A DNA stretch of 64,000 nucleotides. It comes from Octopus sinensis (taxonomy: Eukaryota). Positions 13,275-27,314 of this stretch are shown here, one piece after another. The position numbers and the translations under genes are program-made. Position 1 is the stretch's first letter. Each line of letters starts with the position of its first letter. The stretch is from positions 64,046,001 to 64,110,000 of the forward strand of contig NC_043004.1 in the NCBI RefSeq assembly GCF_006345805.1. Reading direction: 5' to 3'. Below the pieces are notes generated by a model. It saw only the letters and a list, made by a program, of their open reading frames with translations. It ran no database searches and was not told the origin of the DNA.

Positions 13275-14223
13275 CATAGACATGACAGAAGTAAATAGAC
13301 CACCCATAGAACATCGTTTTATGTTTATTTTAACTTGAAAACGTTTATGTTTTTTATTAATTGACATTCTTTTTCAGGTGCTATATGTGACTGTCTAATA
13401 CAAGTACGAATTTCAAAGAGGCCATATTGTGGGTCAATCTGAAGATGGACTTAATCAGAGTAGAATCGCAGGAAAACTTGGGATCCCGCTTTCTACAGTT
13501 AGTAGAGTGATAGAGCAATTCACCAGAGAGGAAGAAGAGTCAACATCACTTCGCCCATGTTTACCAGAGCCGTCTGACAAGACCCTTCACTTTTTTAAGA
13601 GAAGTGTAGAGGATAATCCTCGTCTCAATGCCTTTGACATAGCAAAACAATTTGATGTTAGTCCCAGAGCAGTTATCAGATATCTCCATAGACTTGGTTA
13701 CTATGGTAGAGCTGCAAGAAGGAAGCAACATCTCCGAACTACCAATATCAAGCGGTGAATAGATTGGGCCAGTGAGATAGAGAGAAACATAGATTCAGAC
13801 AAATATGTGTTCACATTGCAGAAGGATTCCTTCCAATCTTCTGCGGTGAAATGATTAAAAAAGACTCTTTATTTATGGAAGATAGGAATCCTTGTCAAAC
13901 GGCTAAAACGACCCAAGATTGGCTGGCAGAGAATGGCATTAAAAAGCTTCCATGCTTAAGCCAGTTACCAGATATTGAACATCTCTGGGGCATAATGAAC
14001 AGAACACTTCGTAAAAAGAACAAGAAAGCATTCCCATAGCCAGATCTTTTGAGATTACTGCTTGAACCCAGGCTAGAAATTCCTCAATACAATGTTCGTC
14101 AACTGATCAGTAGCTTGCCTAATAGAATCCTTGCATTGAAAATGGAAAAGGGTAAATCTACTAAACATTAAAGGGTAAATATAATGATTATAATGGTATC
14201 TATTTACTTCTGTCATTTTTGTG
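13275..14223 (+). mobile_element. Internally deleted Tc1-like transposon with both TIRs and TA TSD
   Basis: Ends CATAGACATGACAGAAGTAAATAGACC and GGTATCTATTTACTTCTGTCATTTTTGTG, each flanked by TA. HTH region [22 protein letters not shown]...YYGRAARRK; decayed catalytic end FMEDRNPCQTAK...SQLPDIEHLWGIM. Confidence 0.9.
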
Positions 14224-14394
14224 TATATATATTTCGCCATACTCTCCTTGCTTTTCGATGAACTTCTTCCAGCGGTCCACATGCTTTCTTATTCTATCGA
14301 TGAGATAAACTTTTGGCTGGTCGCTCAGTCATTTGAGCCGCTTCCGGTGTTTCTTCTTACCAAGAGATGATATTCGGATGTGCCCCGTGGACGT

Positions 14395-14600
14395 GTTCTT
14401 TGTCAGCCTGCTACTTATTTTATCGGTGTCTTTGCCGAACCACTAATTTACGGGGACGTAATCACACAAAGATCAGTTGAAAAGCGATGGTGGGTGGGGA
14501 ACAAACTCAGACACACATAAATATATATACACAATACATACATATACGAACCCGAATCTATAAGATTGGGAGGCAAGCATCTTACCACACAGCCACGCCT
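14395..14600 (-). mobile_element. Degraded SINE family A remnant
   Basis: TATCGGTGTCTTTGCCGAACC..ACGGGGACGTAA and TTACCACACAGCCAC match family A reverse complement, with an internal deletion. Confidence 0.7.
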
Positions 14601-14625
14601 ATCCTAATATATATATATATATATA

Positions 14626-14667
<42 letters not shown>

Positions 14668-14745
14668 ATATATACATACATACTACCATACATACATACA
14701 TACATACATCATAATACATACAACATACATACATACATACATACA

Positions 14746-16350
14746 TATTGTTGTGTCTGGGGAGAGTCATTCTCTTTTAGTGCCTTATTATTTAACACAC
14801 TCAATGCGGTGAGCTGGTAAAATCGTTAGCACGCCAGCCGAAATGTTGAGCGGTATTTCTTCTGCTTCTACGTTCTGAGTTCGAATTCCGCCGAGGTCGA
14901 CTTTGCCTTTCATCCTTTTGGGGTCGATTAAATAAGTACCAGTTACGCACTGGAGTAGATATAATCGAGTTAATCCGTTTGTCTGTCATTGTTTGTCTTC
15001 TCTGTGTTTAGCCCCTTGTGGATAGTAAAGAAATAGGTATTTTGCCTGTCGCAACGTTTTGAGTTCAAATTCCGCTGAGGTCGACCTTGCCTTCCGTCAT
15101 TTCGGGGTCAATAAATTATGTACCAGTAAAACACTGCGATCGATGTAATCGATTACCCCCTCCCCCAAATTTCAGGTTTTGTGCCTATAGTATAAAAGAT
15201 TATTTAACACACTCACCGGTAAAGTTTCCACTCACTTACTTTTGTAGCTCTACGGTTAATGCCAGGGTTAATCCTACATTCGATGCAGTTATCATTGGTA
15301 CATATGGTATTCCCAAAGGAGTACGTCCTACATAGTTGTGATCTGATGGAGTTCCTTGGCTTTTAAACAATCTTAATGTTGATTTTGGTCTCCTTCAGAG
15401 CTTTCCTAAATCTACGAGCTAGTTCTCCGTGGGCTGTGGCCTCTTCAAACATCACGCTTGATATTTATCGATTTTGTAGCACGTGTCACCCTGTTTGCTT
15501 TGTCACAAGCTCTTTGTATTCTAGTCCAGCTATTGCTCCTACATCTAGGGCATGTACCACAGGATTCATTACATATAATGTTATCTAACGTCTTTCTAGC
15601 ACCCCTGTATACTCGAAGTTCTGTACAGTATCTTTCGTTCCATATGATTTGCATAGTGGCGACACGTTGTTCATTATGTTAACTAAATCTGCTATCAGTA
15701 AGTTGCATGGTGTGACGAAGCTGAGTTCTTGTGAACAACATATTTCGAAGCTATGGGTTTCATGTAATAGGACTGGAGGAGCTTCACTCTGTTGTTCACA
15801 GTCTCTAACCACAGTTCAGTACCAAGAAAGGGGAGTCTATTGTTGGGGTGCCTAGTGGGGTAATCTATAGTTACCCTGTTACTTTGCTCTCTATTATGAT
15901 CCTCTCATAATGCTCTCCATTATGAGCCTCTCAGTTTCTACGTTACCGTTACTAGAGTTGGTCTTAACTAAGATATTAATGTCGTCTACATACGTACTGT
16001 AAAGTAAAAGAGTTGTGGAATGTTCTGCCTAGGGTTGCTTAAGTTTTCTGTCCCACCAGGTCACAAAGAGGCTGGCCACATCTCCAGCTATACTGACAAT
16101 AATGGCTTCACCATGAACTTGTATGTATAGTTTCGGGTTAAACTTTATTATGTGGGTCTTCAAGGTGGCTCTTACGTTGCCTATATGGGATGTGCAATCA
16201 TTCCTTTCACTTGATTGTTGTTCTCAGGGTCCTGGGTAGGTACGGTCCAGCCACTCCAGAGCACAGCGGTGCTTTTCTTTACTGCTGAGGTGATGGTGGG
16301 TGGTCTTCCCCTCTGTGGCCTGGTGCGGCGGAATCTACTGAATTTATATA
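14746..16350 (-). mobile_element. Penelope-like retroelement relic (RT pseudogene), interrupted by a SINE
   Basis: Minus strand reads RRTRPQRGRPPTIT..., ATLKTHIIKFNPKLYIQVHGEAIIVSIAGDVASLFVTWWD (RT motif B region), LYSTYVDDINI (catalytic YVDD), YYMKPIASKYVVHKNSALS, LIADLVNIMNNVSP, VMFEEATAHGELARRFRKAL. Contains stops and frameshifts; no GIY-YIG domain retained. Confidence 0.85.
14804..15198 (+). mobile_element. SINE family B chimeric dimer with 17-bp TSD
   Basis: ATTATTTAACACACTCA at 14787-14803 and 15199-15215. Two family B bodies lie between, with different 3' tails. Confidence 0.9.
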
Positions 16351-16446
16351 TACATGTGTGTGTGGCGTGTGCGTGTGGTGTGTGTGTATATGTATGTATA
16401 TATATATGTATATATATATACATATATACATATATATATATGTGTG

Positions 16447-16483
<37 letters not shown>

Positions 16484-16773
16484 CTTAAAGTCAGTCTTTT
16501 ATACGCTAGGCCACTGGTGTTTAACTTGACGTTATTAAATTAATATCCAATTTTTTCACCCTCATTTTGACTTTAATTATAAATTAATATGTTCTCAAAC
16601 CGGCGTAAACTACTGCAGTAAATTACTTATGCAGTATTTATTTCCGTTAATTTAGAGCGCCAGAACGAGGGCATTTGAATGTAACTGTGAAATTAATCGG
16701 CCGAACTGTTCGTCTCTCTGACCTCGTGTTAATAGTTGGCGTGCAGTTCGACAAATTATATTTTTTATGACGT

Positions 16774-16849
16774 ACTCCACTGATGATCTGAGGATAGTTA
16801 TGTAAGTAAAATTACATAATGTATTAACGGTGAAACAATTGTATAGAGT
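16774..16849 (+). ncRNA. Type I hammerhead ribozyme fold (PLE/retrozyme type)
   Basis: ACTCCA CTGATGA [45-nt stem II containing TTATGTAA/TTACATAA] GAAA CAATTG TA TAGAGT. Intact core, palindromic stem III, 5 of 6 stem I pairs. Confidence 0.75.
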
Positions 16850-17001
16850 TAATCTATATTTTCGTTATTTTTCATTTATCCTGCTCGCTTACGTTCTTGG
16901 TGTGTTGAATTATTTCTTGAGAACAATTCTTAGTGGTTGAGTCCCTTTGCGGATCTATATCCAGCGTAAGAGCGTCCATATAGTGGATTCTCTCTCATAG
17001 T

Positions 17002-17044
<43 letters not shown>

Positions 17045-18646
17045 GACAGAGGAAAAGAGACAGTGGGAGACAGAGGTAAGGGCGAAGGGAAACAGGGAAA
17101 TAATTAATTAAATGAAACACAAATACCACCCCTCATACACACACACATCATCATCAAGATCCATATAATTATCAAATGTAAAGTGATAGAGGATGCGGAG
17201 AATACACTGAAAATTTTGGGTTGTGTATAGGAAGTCTTTCGGAAATCAAGAAATCATTATTACAAAAAGATACAGCCAGGTCGTGCGTTTCGTTGACAAA
17301 ATGACCGTCCCTAAATAGTAATATTTGGCATTAGTATATGGCGAAAAGCACTATGAATATATGTAGCAAACTTACATGCACATGCATATACAAACACGCA
17401 CGCACAGTCACACGCACGTACACACACACACACACAAACACGCATTGTGTATATATATATATATATATATATCGCACTCAGATGCGCACATGTGTATGCA
17501 TTTATGTGTGTACCTAGATTTGAGTGTATGTGTACGTGCATGCGTGCATATGTATCTATGTATATATGTGTATTTGATATTTGTGAGCAAATGTCTGTCT
17601 CCTCATGCGTATTTGAAAGTGTCTATATATAATATGACTAGATAGGCGTAAAAAAAATTTATAAAGCTTATAATAAACTTGCAATAGTGAGTTTTACATT
17701 GTATTCATGTTGATTGTATTTTTTTATATTAGTTCTGTTTTTTCTTACTGTTGCTGCAAGTGGTTGTGGTGGTGGAGTTGGTAGTAGTGTTACTGCTGCG
17801 GCTGCGGCTGCTGCTGCTACTGCTTCCAATGTTGCTGTTGTTCTTGTTACCGCAAAGATTATCTCCTTGGAGTGAAAAGACGAAAATAAACTTCATCATA
17901 TCTTAAGCCAATAAGAAGACTAAAGATTACGCACACGCACACGCATGCACACATATAATAGGTGTGTGTGTGTATATATATACACATATATATATATACT
18001 CATATATATATATACATACACATATATAATATATATATATATACTCATATATATATATATATATACATATATACACACACATATATGTATATGTAAATAA
18101 ATATATATACGCTTATACAGAAAATACATATATTGAAATGCGTATCTATCTATCTACCTATCTATCTATATGTGTGTGTGCCTGTGTGTATGTATTTATA
18201 TGTATATATAGAGACAAACAGAGTGATAAACATGTATACACATAAATATAAATACATACATACTCACACACACACATGTTTAAATATATGTGTGTGTATC
18301 TGTGTGTCTATGTGCCTGTGTGTGTATGCATGCATGTATATATGTGTCCGTTTCTATGTCAGCAGCTATATTTGTAAATATATATAAAAAAGACAAAAGG
18401 AAGTGCGCGTGTTTTTATGTGGTGTGTGTGTGTGTGTGTGTGTATTTATGGAATTGTATGTTATTGCATTTTTCTGGACTATGTTCAACACATAATTATG
18501 ATTTTTATATTGCCATATACATAAAAGAACCTGTCAAGAAATCCAATAACATGTATGTTCTCATACTTTGTATCTGAGTGCGTATAAGTGTATTTGTGTG
18601 TGCAAGAGTGTATGTATATGTGTATAAGCATACCTATATATATTTG

Positions 18647-18678
<32 letters not shown>

Positions 18679-18763
18679 GCGTGGTGTCGTGTGGTGTGTG
18701 TGTGTGTGTTGTGTGTGTGTGTGTGTGTGTGCGTGTGTGTGTGTATGTGTATGTGTGTATATG

Positions 18764-18834
<71 letters not shown>

Positions 18835-19130
18835 TACATATATATATACACACACTTGTATGCTTACGTAGCGATAAAAGTCACTACTGGTAGTAACAAA
18901 ATAGCCATTATCGAATATAATGTACTCAATGCGCGACTAATGTAGAGTAAACTTTTCTTTTATTCGATAAACATCGACATTCTCATGAGTATTTACGAAG
19001 CGGCAGTATGTTCCGGTAAATATCACTCCATCAAAAATAACTTATTTTATGTATAAACGTACCTTTTGTGTATATTGCATGTATGTATGCTTGTAAGTAT
19101 ATGATATGAATGTATTATGCCTATACGTGT

Positions 19131-19195
<65 letters not shown>

Positions 19196-19250
19196 ACATA
19201 TATGTAATATATATATATATATATATTTTTATATATATATATACATACAT

Positions 19251-19286
<36 letters not shown>

Positions 19287-19340
19287 TAATATATACTCAC
19301 ATATATATACATATATATATACATACACATATATATACAT

Positions 19341-20222
19341 AAGAGGGGTGTTCATTAAAGATTTCTCCTGACCCACTTCTGGTTGTTGCAGGAAATATAA
19401 CTTGTACAGGTATAATTATACATGCATGTATATGTCACATTGTGAATTACAGCTTTCCACTAGTATTCGTTTGTCTTCTACGGCTGCTGAAGTGTCTTCA
19501 GGTGTGATAATGGAGGTAGTTGAATTCAGATCAGTGAACAGGTTCTTATACTTGAAAGGTCGTACAACAAAAGAGACTTTCGATGAGATGAAAGTTTGTT
19601 GTCACGATGCACCATCGTACGACATCGCCAGTTTAAATATGGTCAGACTTCGGTGGAAACTGCTCCTATTCCTGGACGACTACATTCAGCCATTGATGAC
19701 GATAACATGTATAAAGTGGAAGTTGCCATTTTGGAGGATCGCCGCATTACTATTTATCAACTAGCCCAAGAACTGAAGATAAGTGTAGGTTCCGTGCAAA
19801 AAACCAAAAAAATTATTCACGACCATTTGCACATACAGAAGTTGTCTGCACGATGGACTCCCCGGATGTTCAGTCATTTGCTCCTAGGTTCTTTTGGCAA
19901 TATGCGAAGAAAACGCGGACTCTTTCAACAGACTTATCACACCGGATGAAACAGGAGTCCATCGCTATGATCCTGAGACTAAAGTACCGTCAAAGCAATG
20001 GAAGCATGATAAATCACCACCTACAAAGCAGGATCGTGTCCAACCCCTAGCGAGCAAAGTGAGGCTCACTGTCTTTTGGGACCAGCGTGAGGTAGTGATG
20101 ATAAATTTTCTGGCAAAGGGCACCACAATTAACGCAGCGTATTATGCTACCCTGCTGCAGAAATTGCAGAACACCATCAAAGCAGAGAGGCGTGGCAGAG
20201 AGGTAAAGCCGTGGCCCCTGAC
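19341..20222 (+). mobile_element. Mariner transposon, 5' TIR and 3'-truncated transposase pseudogene (copy 1)
   Basis: TIR-like AGAGGGGTGTTCATTAAAG; EFRSVNRFLYLKG, EDRRITIYQLAQELKISVGSV, KLSARWTPRM (WVPR motif), LITPDETGVHRYDPETK, KVRLTVFWD, GTTINAAYY; frameshifted. Confidence 0.93.
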
Positions 20223-20229
20223 GCATACA

Positions 20230-22246
20230 CATGTATGTATGTATGCATGTATGTATGTATGTATGTATGTATGTATGTATGTATGTATGTTGTATGTATG
20301 TATGTATGTATGTATGTATGTATGTTTGTATGTATGTATGTATGTATGTATGTATGTATGTAGTATGTAAGTATGTTATGTATGTATGTATGTATGTATG
20401 TATGTATGTATGTATGTTATGTAGTATGTATGTATGTGTGTATGATGTAGTATGTTTTGTATGTATGTTGGTATGTGATGTATGTATGTATGTATGTATG
20501 TATGTTGGTATGTATGTTTATGTATGTATGTATGTATGTATGATGTATGTATATATTATGTAGTATGTATGTATTATGTATGTATGTATGTATGTATGTA
20601 TGTATGTATGTATGTATGTATTGTATGTATGTTGTATGTTTGTATGTATTTTGATGTATGTATGTATGTTATGTATGTATGTATGTATGTATGTATGTAG
20701 TATGTTTTGTATGTATGTATGATGTATGTATGTATGTATGTATGTATGTATGTTTGTATGTATGTATGATGTATGTATGTATGTATGTTTGTATGTATGA
20801 TTATGTATGTATGTATGTATGTATGTGTGTATGTATGTATGTATGTGTGTATGTATGTATGTATGTGTGTATGTATGTATGTATGTGTGTATGTATGTGT
20901 ATGTATGTATGATGTATGTTGTATGTATGTATGTATGTATGTATGTGTGTATGTATGTATGTATGTGTGTATGTATGTATGTGTGGTAGTAGGTTGTATG
21001 TATGTGGTATGTATGTATGTATGTATGTTGTATGTATGTGGTATGTATGTATGTATGTTGTATGTATGTATGTATGTAGTATGTATGTATGTTGTAGTGT
21101 ATGTATGTATGTTTGTATGTATGTATGTATGTATGTATGTTTGTATGTATGTATGTATGTTTGTATGTATGTATGTATGTATGTAGTTAGTATGTATGTA
21201 TGTATGTATGTTGTATGTATGTTGTATGTATGTATGTATGTATGTAGTATGTATGTTGTATGTATGTATGTATGGTGTATGTATGTATGTATGTATGTAT
21301 GTGATGTATGTATGTATGTATGTTGTAGTATTGTATGTATGTTTGTAGTATGTATTAGTATGTATGTATGTTGTTTGTAGTATGTAGTATGTATGTATGT
21401 ATGTATGTATGTATGTATGTAGTATGTAGGTATGGGTAAGTATGTATGTATGTTTGTAGTATTTGTATGTATGTATGTATGTATGTATGTATGTTTGTAT
21501 GTATGTATGTATGTTTGTATGTATGTATGTATGTATGTATGTATGTATGTATGTATGTAGGTATGTATGTATGTATGTATGTATGTATGTGTATGTATGA
21601 TGTGTTGTTGTATGTATGTATGTATGTATGTATGTATGTATGTTTGTATGTATGTATGTATGTATGTATGTATGTATGTATGTTTGTATGTATGATGTAT
21701 GTATGTATGTATGTATGTATGTATGTATGTTGTATGTTTGTATGTATGTATGTATGTATGTATGTAGTATGTATGTATGTATGTATGTGGGTATGATGTA
21801 TGTATGTATGTATGTATGTATGTATGTATGTTATGTATGTATGATGTTTGTATGTATGTATGTATGGTATGTATGTATGTATGTATGTATGTATGTATGT
21901 ATGTATGTATGTTTGTATGTATGTATGTATGTATGTATGTATGTATGTTTGTATGTATGTATGTATGTATGTATGTATGTATGTATGGTATATGTATGTA
22001 TGTATGTATGTTGTATGTATGTATGTATGTATGTATGTTGTATGTGTAGTTGTATGTATGTATGTTGTATGTATGTATGTTTGTATGTATGTATGTATGT
22101 ATGTGTGTATGTATGTTTGTATGTATGTATGTATGTATGTATGTATGTATGTATGTATGTATGTATGTATGTGTATATGTTGTATGTATGTATGTATGTA
22201 TGTATGTATGTTATGTATGTATGTATGTCGTATGTATGTATGTATG

Positions 22247-22277
<31 letters not shown>

Positions 22278-23070
22278 TGTTTTATGTATGTATGTATGTT
22301 TGTATGTATGTATTATGATGTATGTATGTGGTATGTATGTATGTTTGTATGTATGTATGATGTATGTATGTATGTATGTATGTATGTATGTTTGTATGTA
22401 GTATGTATGTATGTATGTATGTTTGTATGTATGTATGTATGTGATGTATGTATGTATGTATGTATGTGTATATGTTTGTATGTATGTATGTATGTATGTA
22501 TGTATGTTTGTATTATGTATGTATGTATGTATGTATGTATGTATGTTGTATGTTATGTATGTATGTAGTTATGTATGTATGTAGTATGTATGTATGTATG
22601 TTGGTATGTATGTATGTATGTTTGTATGTATGTATGTATGTATGTATGTATGTATGTATGTTTGTTATGTATGTATGTATGTATGTATGTATGTATGTAT
22701 GTATGTATGTATGTATGTTGTATGTTGTATGTATGTATGTATGTATGTATGTATGTATGTATGTATGTATGTATGTATGTATGTATGTATGTTTGTATGT
22801 ATGTATGTATGCATGTATGTATGTATGTTTGTATGTATGTATGTATGTATGTATGTATGTTTGTATGTATGTATGTATGTATGTATGTATGTATGTATGT
22901 ATGTATGTATGTGTGTATGTGTGTATGTATGTATGTATGTTTGTATGTATGTATGTATGTATGTATGTATGTATGTTTGTATGTTTGTATGTATGTATGT
23001 ATGTATGTTTGTATGTATGTATGTATGTATGTATGTATGTATGTATGTATGTGTGTATGTATGTATGTAT
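20230..23070. repeat. ~2.8 kb imperfect (TATG)n array, copy 1
   Basis: Direct reading; source of the MYVC-repeat ORFs. Confidence 0.97.
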
Positions 23071-23235
23071 TAGATCATTCCATAAACAATGCGGTTTTTT
23101 TAAATTGCATGAACTCAAAGTCGGAGGGGAACTGGATAAACTACTTGCATCAACTTGCTATCAAAGCAGGTATTCATTTTAACTTGTACTTATTCTTAGT
23201 ATAAGTTTTGAAGCGTGCTGTTCGATTTTAACAGA
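23068..23235 (+). mobile_element. Probable mariner 5' terminus fragment, repeated at 27101-27270
   Basis: Starts TATTAGATCATTCCATAAACAATGCGGTTTT, resembling a mariner TIR and the reverse complement of the TIR at 558-585. Confidence 0.55.
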
Positions 23236-23240
23236 CATAC

Positions 23241-23273
<33 letters not shown>

Positions 23274-23309
23274 TTAGATATATATATATATTATACAACA
23301 TACACACAC

Positions 23310-23350
<41 letters not shown>

Positions 23351-23395
23351 CTCACCAATTATTACATATATATATACATACACATATATATACAT

Positions 23396-24281
23396 AAGAG
23401 GGGTGTTCATTAAAGATTTCTCCTGACCCACTTCTGGTTGTTGCAGGAAATATAACTTGTACAGGTTATAAATACATGCATGTATATGTCACATTGTGAA
23501 TTACAGCTTTCCACTAGTATTCGTTTGTCTTCTACGGCTGCTGAAGTCGTCTTCAGGTGTGATAATGGAGGTAGTTGAATTCAGATCAGTGAAACAGGTT
23601 CTTATACTTGAAAGGTTCGTACAACAAAAGAGACTTTCGATGAGATGAAAGTTTGTTGTCACGATGCACCATCGTACGACTCGCCAGTTTAAATATGGTT
23701 CAGACTTCGGTGGAAACTGCTCCTATTCCTGGACGACTACATTCAGCCATTGATGACGATAACATGTATAAAGTGGAAGTTGCCAGTTTGGAGGATCGCC
23801 GCATTACTATTTATCACTAGCCCAAGAACTGAAGATAAGTGTAGGTTCCGTGGCAAAAAAACCAAAAAAATTATTCACGACCATTTGCACATACAGAAGT
23901 TGTCTGCACGATGGACTCCCCGGATGTTCAGTCATTTGCTCCTAGGTTCTTTGGGCATATGCGGAAAACGAAAACGCGGACTCTTCAACAGACTTATCAC
24001 ACCGGATGAAACAGGAGTCCATCGCTATGATCCTGAGACTAAAGTACCGTCAAGCAATGGAAGCATGATAAATCACCACCTACAAAGCAGGATCGTGTCC
24101 AAACCCTAGCGAGCAAAGTGAGGCTCACTGTCTTTTGGGACCAGCGTGAGGTAGTGATGATAAATTTTCTGGCAAAGGGCACCACAATTAACGCAGCGTA
24201 TTATGCTACCCTGCTGCAGAAATTGCAGAACACCATCAAAGCAGAGAGGCGTGGCAGAGAGGTAAAGCCGTGGCCCCTGAC
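23396..24281 (+). mobile_element. Mariner transposon pseudogene (copy 2 of 19341-20222)
   Basis: Near-identical to copy 1, including the truncation point; differs mainly by single-base indels. Confidence 0.93.
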
Positions 24282-24289
24282 GCATACAC

Positions 24290-24300
24290 ATGTATGTATG

Positions 24301-24332
<32 letters not shown>

Positions 24333-24386
24333 TGTATGTATGTATGTTTGTATGTATGTATGTATAGATGTATGTATGTTTGTATG

Positions 24387-24417
<31 letters not shown>

Positions 24418-26057
24418 TGTAAGTATGTAAGTATGTTATGTATGTATGTATGTATTAAGTATGTATGTATGTATGTATGTATGTATGTGTGTATGTATGT
24501 ATGTATGTTTGTATGTATGTTTGTATGTATGTATGTATGTATGTATGTATGTATGTATGTATGTTTGTATGTAGTATGTATGTATGTATGTATGTATGTA
24601 TGTATATATATATGATGTATGTATGTATGTATGTATGTATGTATGTAGTATGTATGTATGTATGTATGTATGTATGTATGTATGTATGTTTGTAGGTTTG
24701 TATTATGTATTATGTATGTATGTATGTTTGTATGTATGTATGTATGTATGTGATGTATGTATGTATGTTGTATTGATGTATGTATGTATGTATGTATGTA
24801 TGTATGTATGTATGTGGTATGTATGTATGGATGTATGTATGTCTGTATGTTTGTATGTATGTATGTATGTATGTATGTATGTATGTATGTGTGTATGATT
24901 GTATGTATGTGTGTTGTATATGTATGTATGTGTGTAGTATGTATGTAATGTATGTGTATGTATGTATGTATGTATGTAGTATGTATGTATGTATGTATGT
25001 GTATGTATGTATGTTGTATGTAGTATGTATGTGTGTATGTAGTAGTATGTGTGTATGTATGTATGTATGTTGTGTGTAGGTATGTAGTAGTATGTATGTA
25101 TGTATGTATGTATGTAGATGTATGTATGTTTTGTATGTATGTATGTATGTATGTATTATGTATGTTTGTATGTATGTATGTTGTTTGTATGTATGTATGT
25201 ATGATGGATGTTGTCTGTATGTATGTATGTTTGTAGTATGTTGTATGTTATGTATGTTGTATGTATGTATGTATGTATGTTTGTATGTATGTATGTATGG
25301 ATGTATGTATGTTGTATGTTGTATGTATGTATGTATGTTTGTATGTATGTATGTATGTAGTATGGATGTATGTATGTAATGTTTGTATTGGTGTATGTAT
25401 GTATGTATGTAGTATGTATGTATGTTATGTATGTCTGTATGTATGTATGTATGTATGTATGTATGTAGGTATGTATGTAGTAGTATGTATGTATGTATGT
25501 ATGTAGGTATGTAAGTATGTATGTATGTATGTATGTAGTATGTATGTATGTATGTATGTTTTATTGTATGCTGTATTTGTTTGTATGTATGTATGTATTG
25601 TATGTATGTATGTATGTATGTATGTATGTAGTATGTATGTATGTATGTATGTATGTATGTATGGTATGTTTTGTATGTATGTTGTATGTATGTATGTATG
25701 TATGTATGTTTGTATGAGTATGTTGTATGTATGTAGTATGTATGTTTGTAGTATGATGTATGTATGGTATGTATGTATGTATGTATGTATGTTGTTTGTA
25801 TGTTGTATGTATGTATGTTGTATGTATGTATGTATGTATGTATGTATGTATGTGTGTATGTATGTATGTATGTATGTATGTATGTATGTATGTTGTATGT
25901 ATGTATGTATGTTTGTATGTATGTATGTTGTTTGTATGTATGTATGTATGTATGTATGTATGTATGTATGTAGTATGTTTTTGTATGTATGTATGTATGT
26001 ATGTAGTGTAGTGTGTATGTATGTATGTATGTATGTATGTATGTATGTATGTATGTG

Positions 26058-26089
<32 letters not shown>

Positions 26090-26198
26090 GTATGTATGTA
26101 TGTATGTTTGTATGTATGTATGTATGTATGTATGTATGTATGTATGTATGTTGTATGTAGTATGTATGTATTGTATGTATGTGTTGTATGTATGTATG

Positions 26199-26230
<32 letters not shown>

Positions 26231-27100
26231 TGGATGTGTATATGTGTATGTGTATGTATGTATGTATGTTGTTTGTATGTATGTATGTATGTATGTATGT
26301 ATGTATTAGTATGTATGTATGTATGTATGTATGTATGTTTGTATGTATGTATGTATGTTTGTATGTATGTATGTATGTATGTATGTAGTATGTATGTATG
26401 TATGTTTGTATGTAGTATGTATGTATGTATGTATGTATGTATGTATGTATGTTGTATGTCTGTATGTATGTATGATGTATGTTTGTTGTATGTATGTATG
26501 TATGTATGTATGTATGTATGTATGTGTATATGTTTGTATGTATGTATGTATGTATGTATGTATGTTTGTATGTATGTATTGTATGTATGTTGTATGTATG
26601 TGATGTGTATGTATGTATGTATGTATGTATGTATGTATGTATGTATGTATGTATGTATGTTTGTATGATTATGTATGTTTGTATGTATGTATGTATGTAT
26701 GTATGTATGTATGTATGTTGTGTATGTATATGTATGTATGTTATGTATGTATGTATGTATGTATGTATGTATGTTTGTATGTATGATGTATGTATGTATG
26801 TTGTATGTATGTATGTATGTATGTATGTATGTATGTATGTTTGTATGTATGATGTATGCATGTATGTATGTATGTTTGTATGTATGTATGTATGTATGTA
26901 TGTATGTTTGTAGTATGTATGTATGTATGTATGTATGTATGTATGTATGTATGTAGTGTGTATGTGATGTATGTATGTATGTGTATGTATGTATTGTATG
27001 TATGTATGTATGTTTGTATGTTTGTATGTATGTATGTATGATGTTTGTATGTATGTATGTATGTATGTATGTATGTATGTATGTAGTGTATGTATGTATG
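24290..27100. repeat. ~2.8 kb imperfect (TATG)n array, copy 2
   Basis: Direct reading. Confidence 0.97.
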
Positions 27101-27274
27101 TATTAGATCATTCCATAAACAATGCGGTTTTTTAAATTGCATGAACTCAAAGTCGGAGGGGAACGGATAATAAACTACTTGCATCAACTTGCTATCAAAG
27201 CAGGTATTCATTTTAACTTGTACTTATTCTTAGTATAAGTTTTGAAGCGTGCTGTTCGATTTTAACAGACATAC

Positions 27275-27314
<40 letters not shown>

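Noticed and set aside
20231-27211. Long ORFs up to 478 aa (MYVC/HTYI repeats)
   Set aside because: Translations of the (TATG)n arrays; no domain content.
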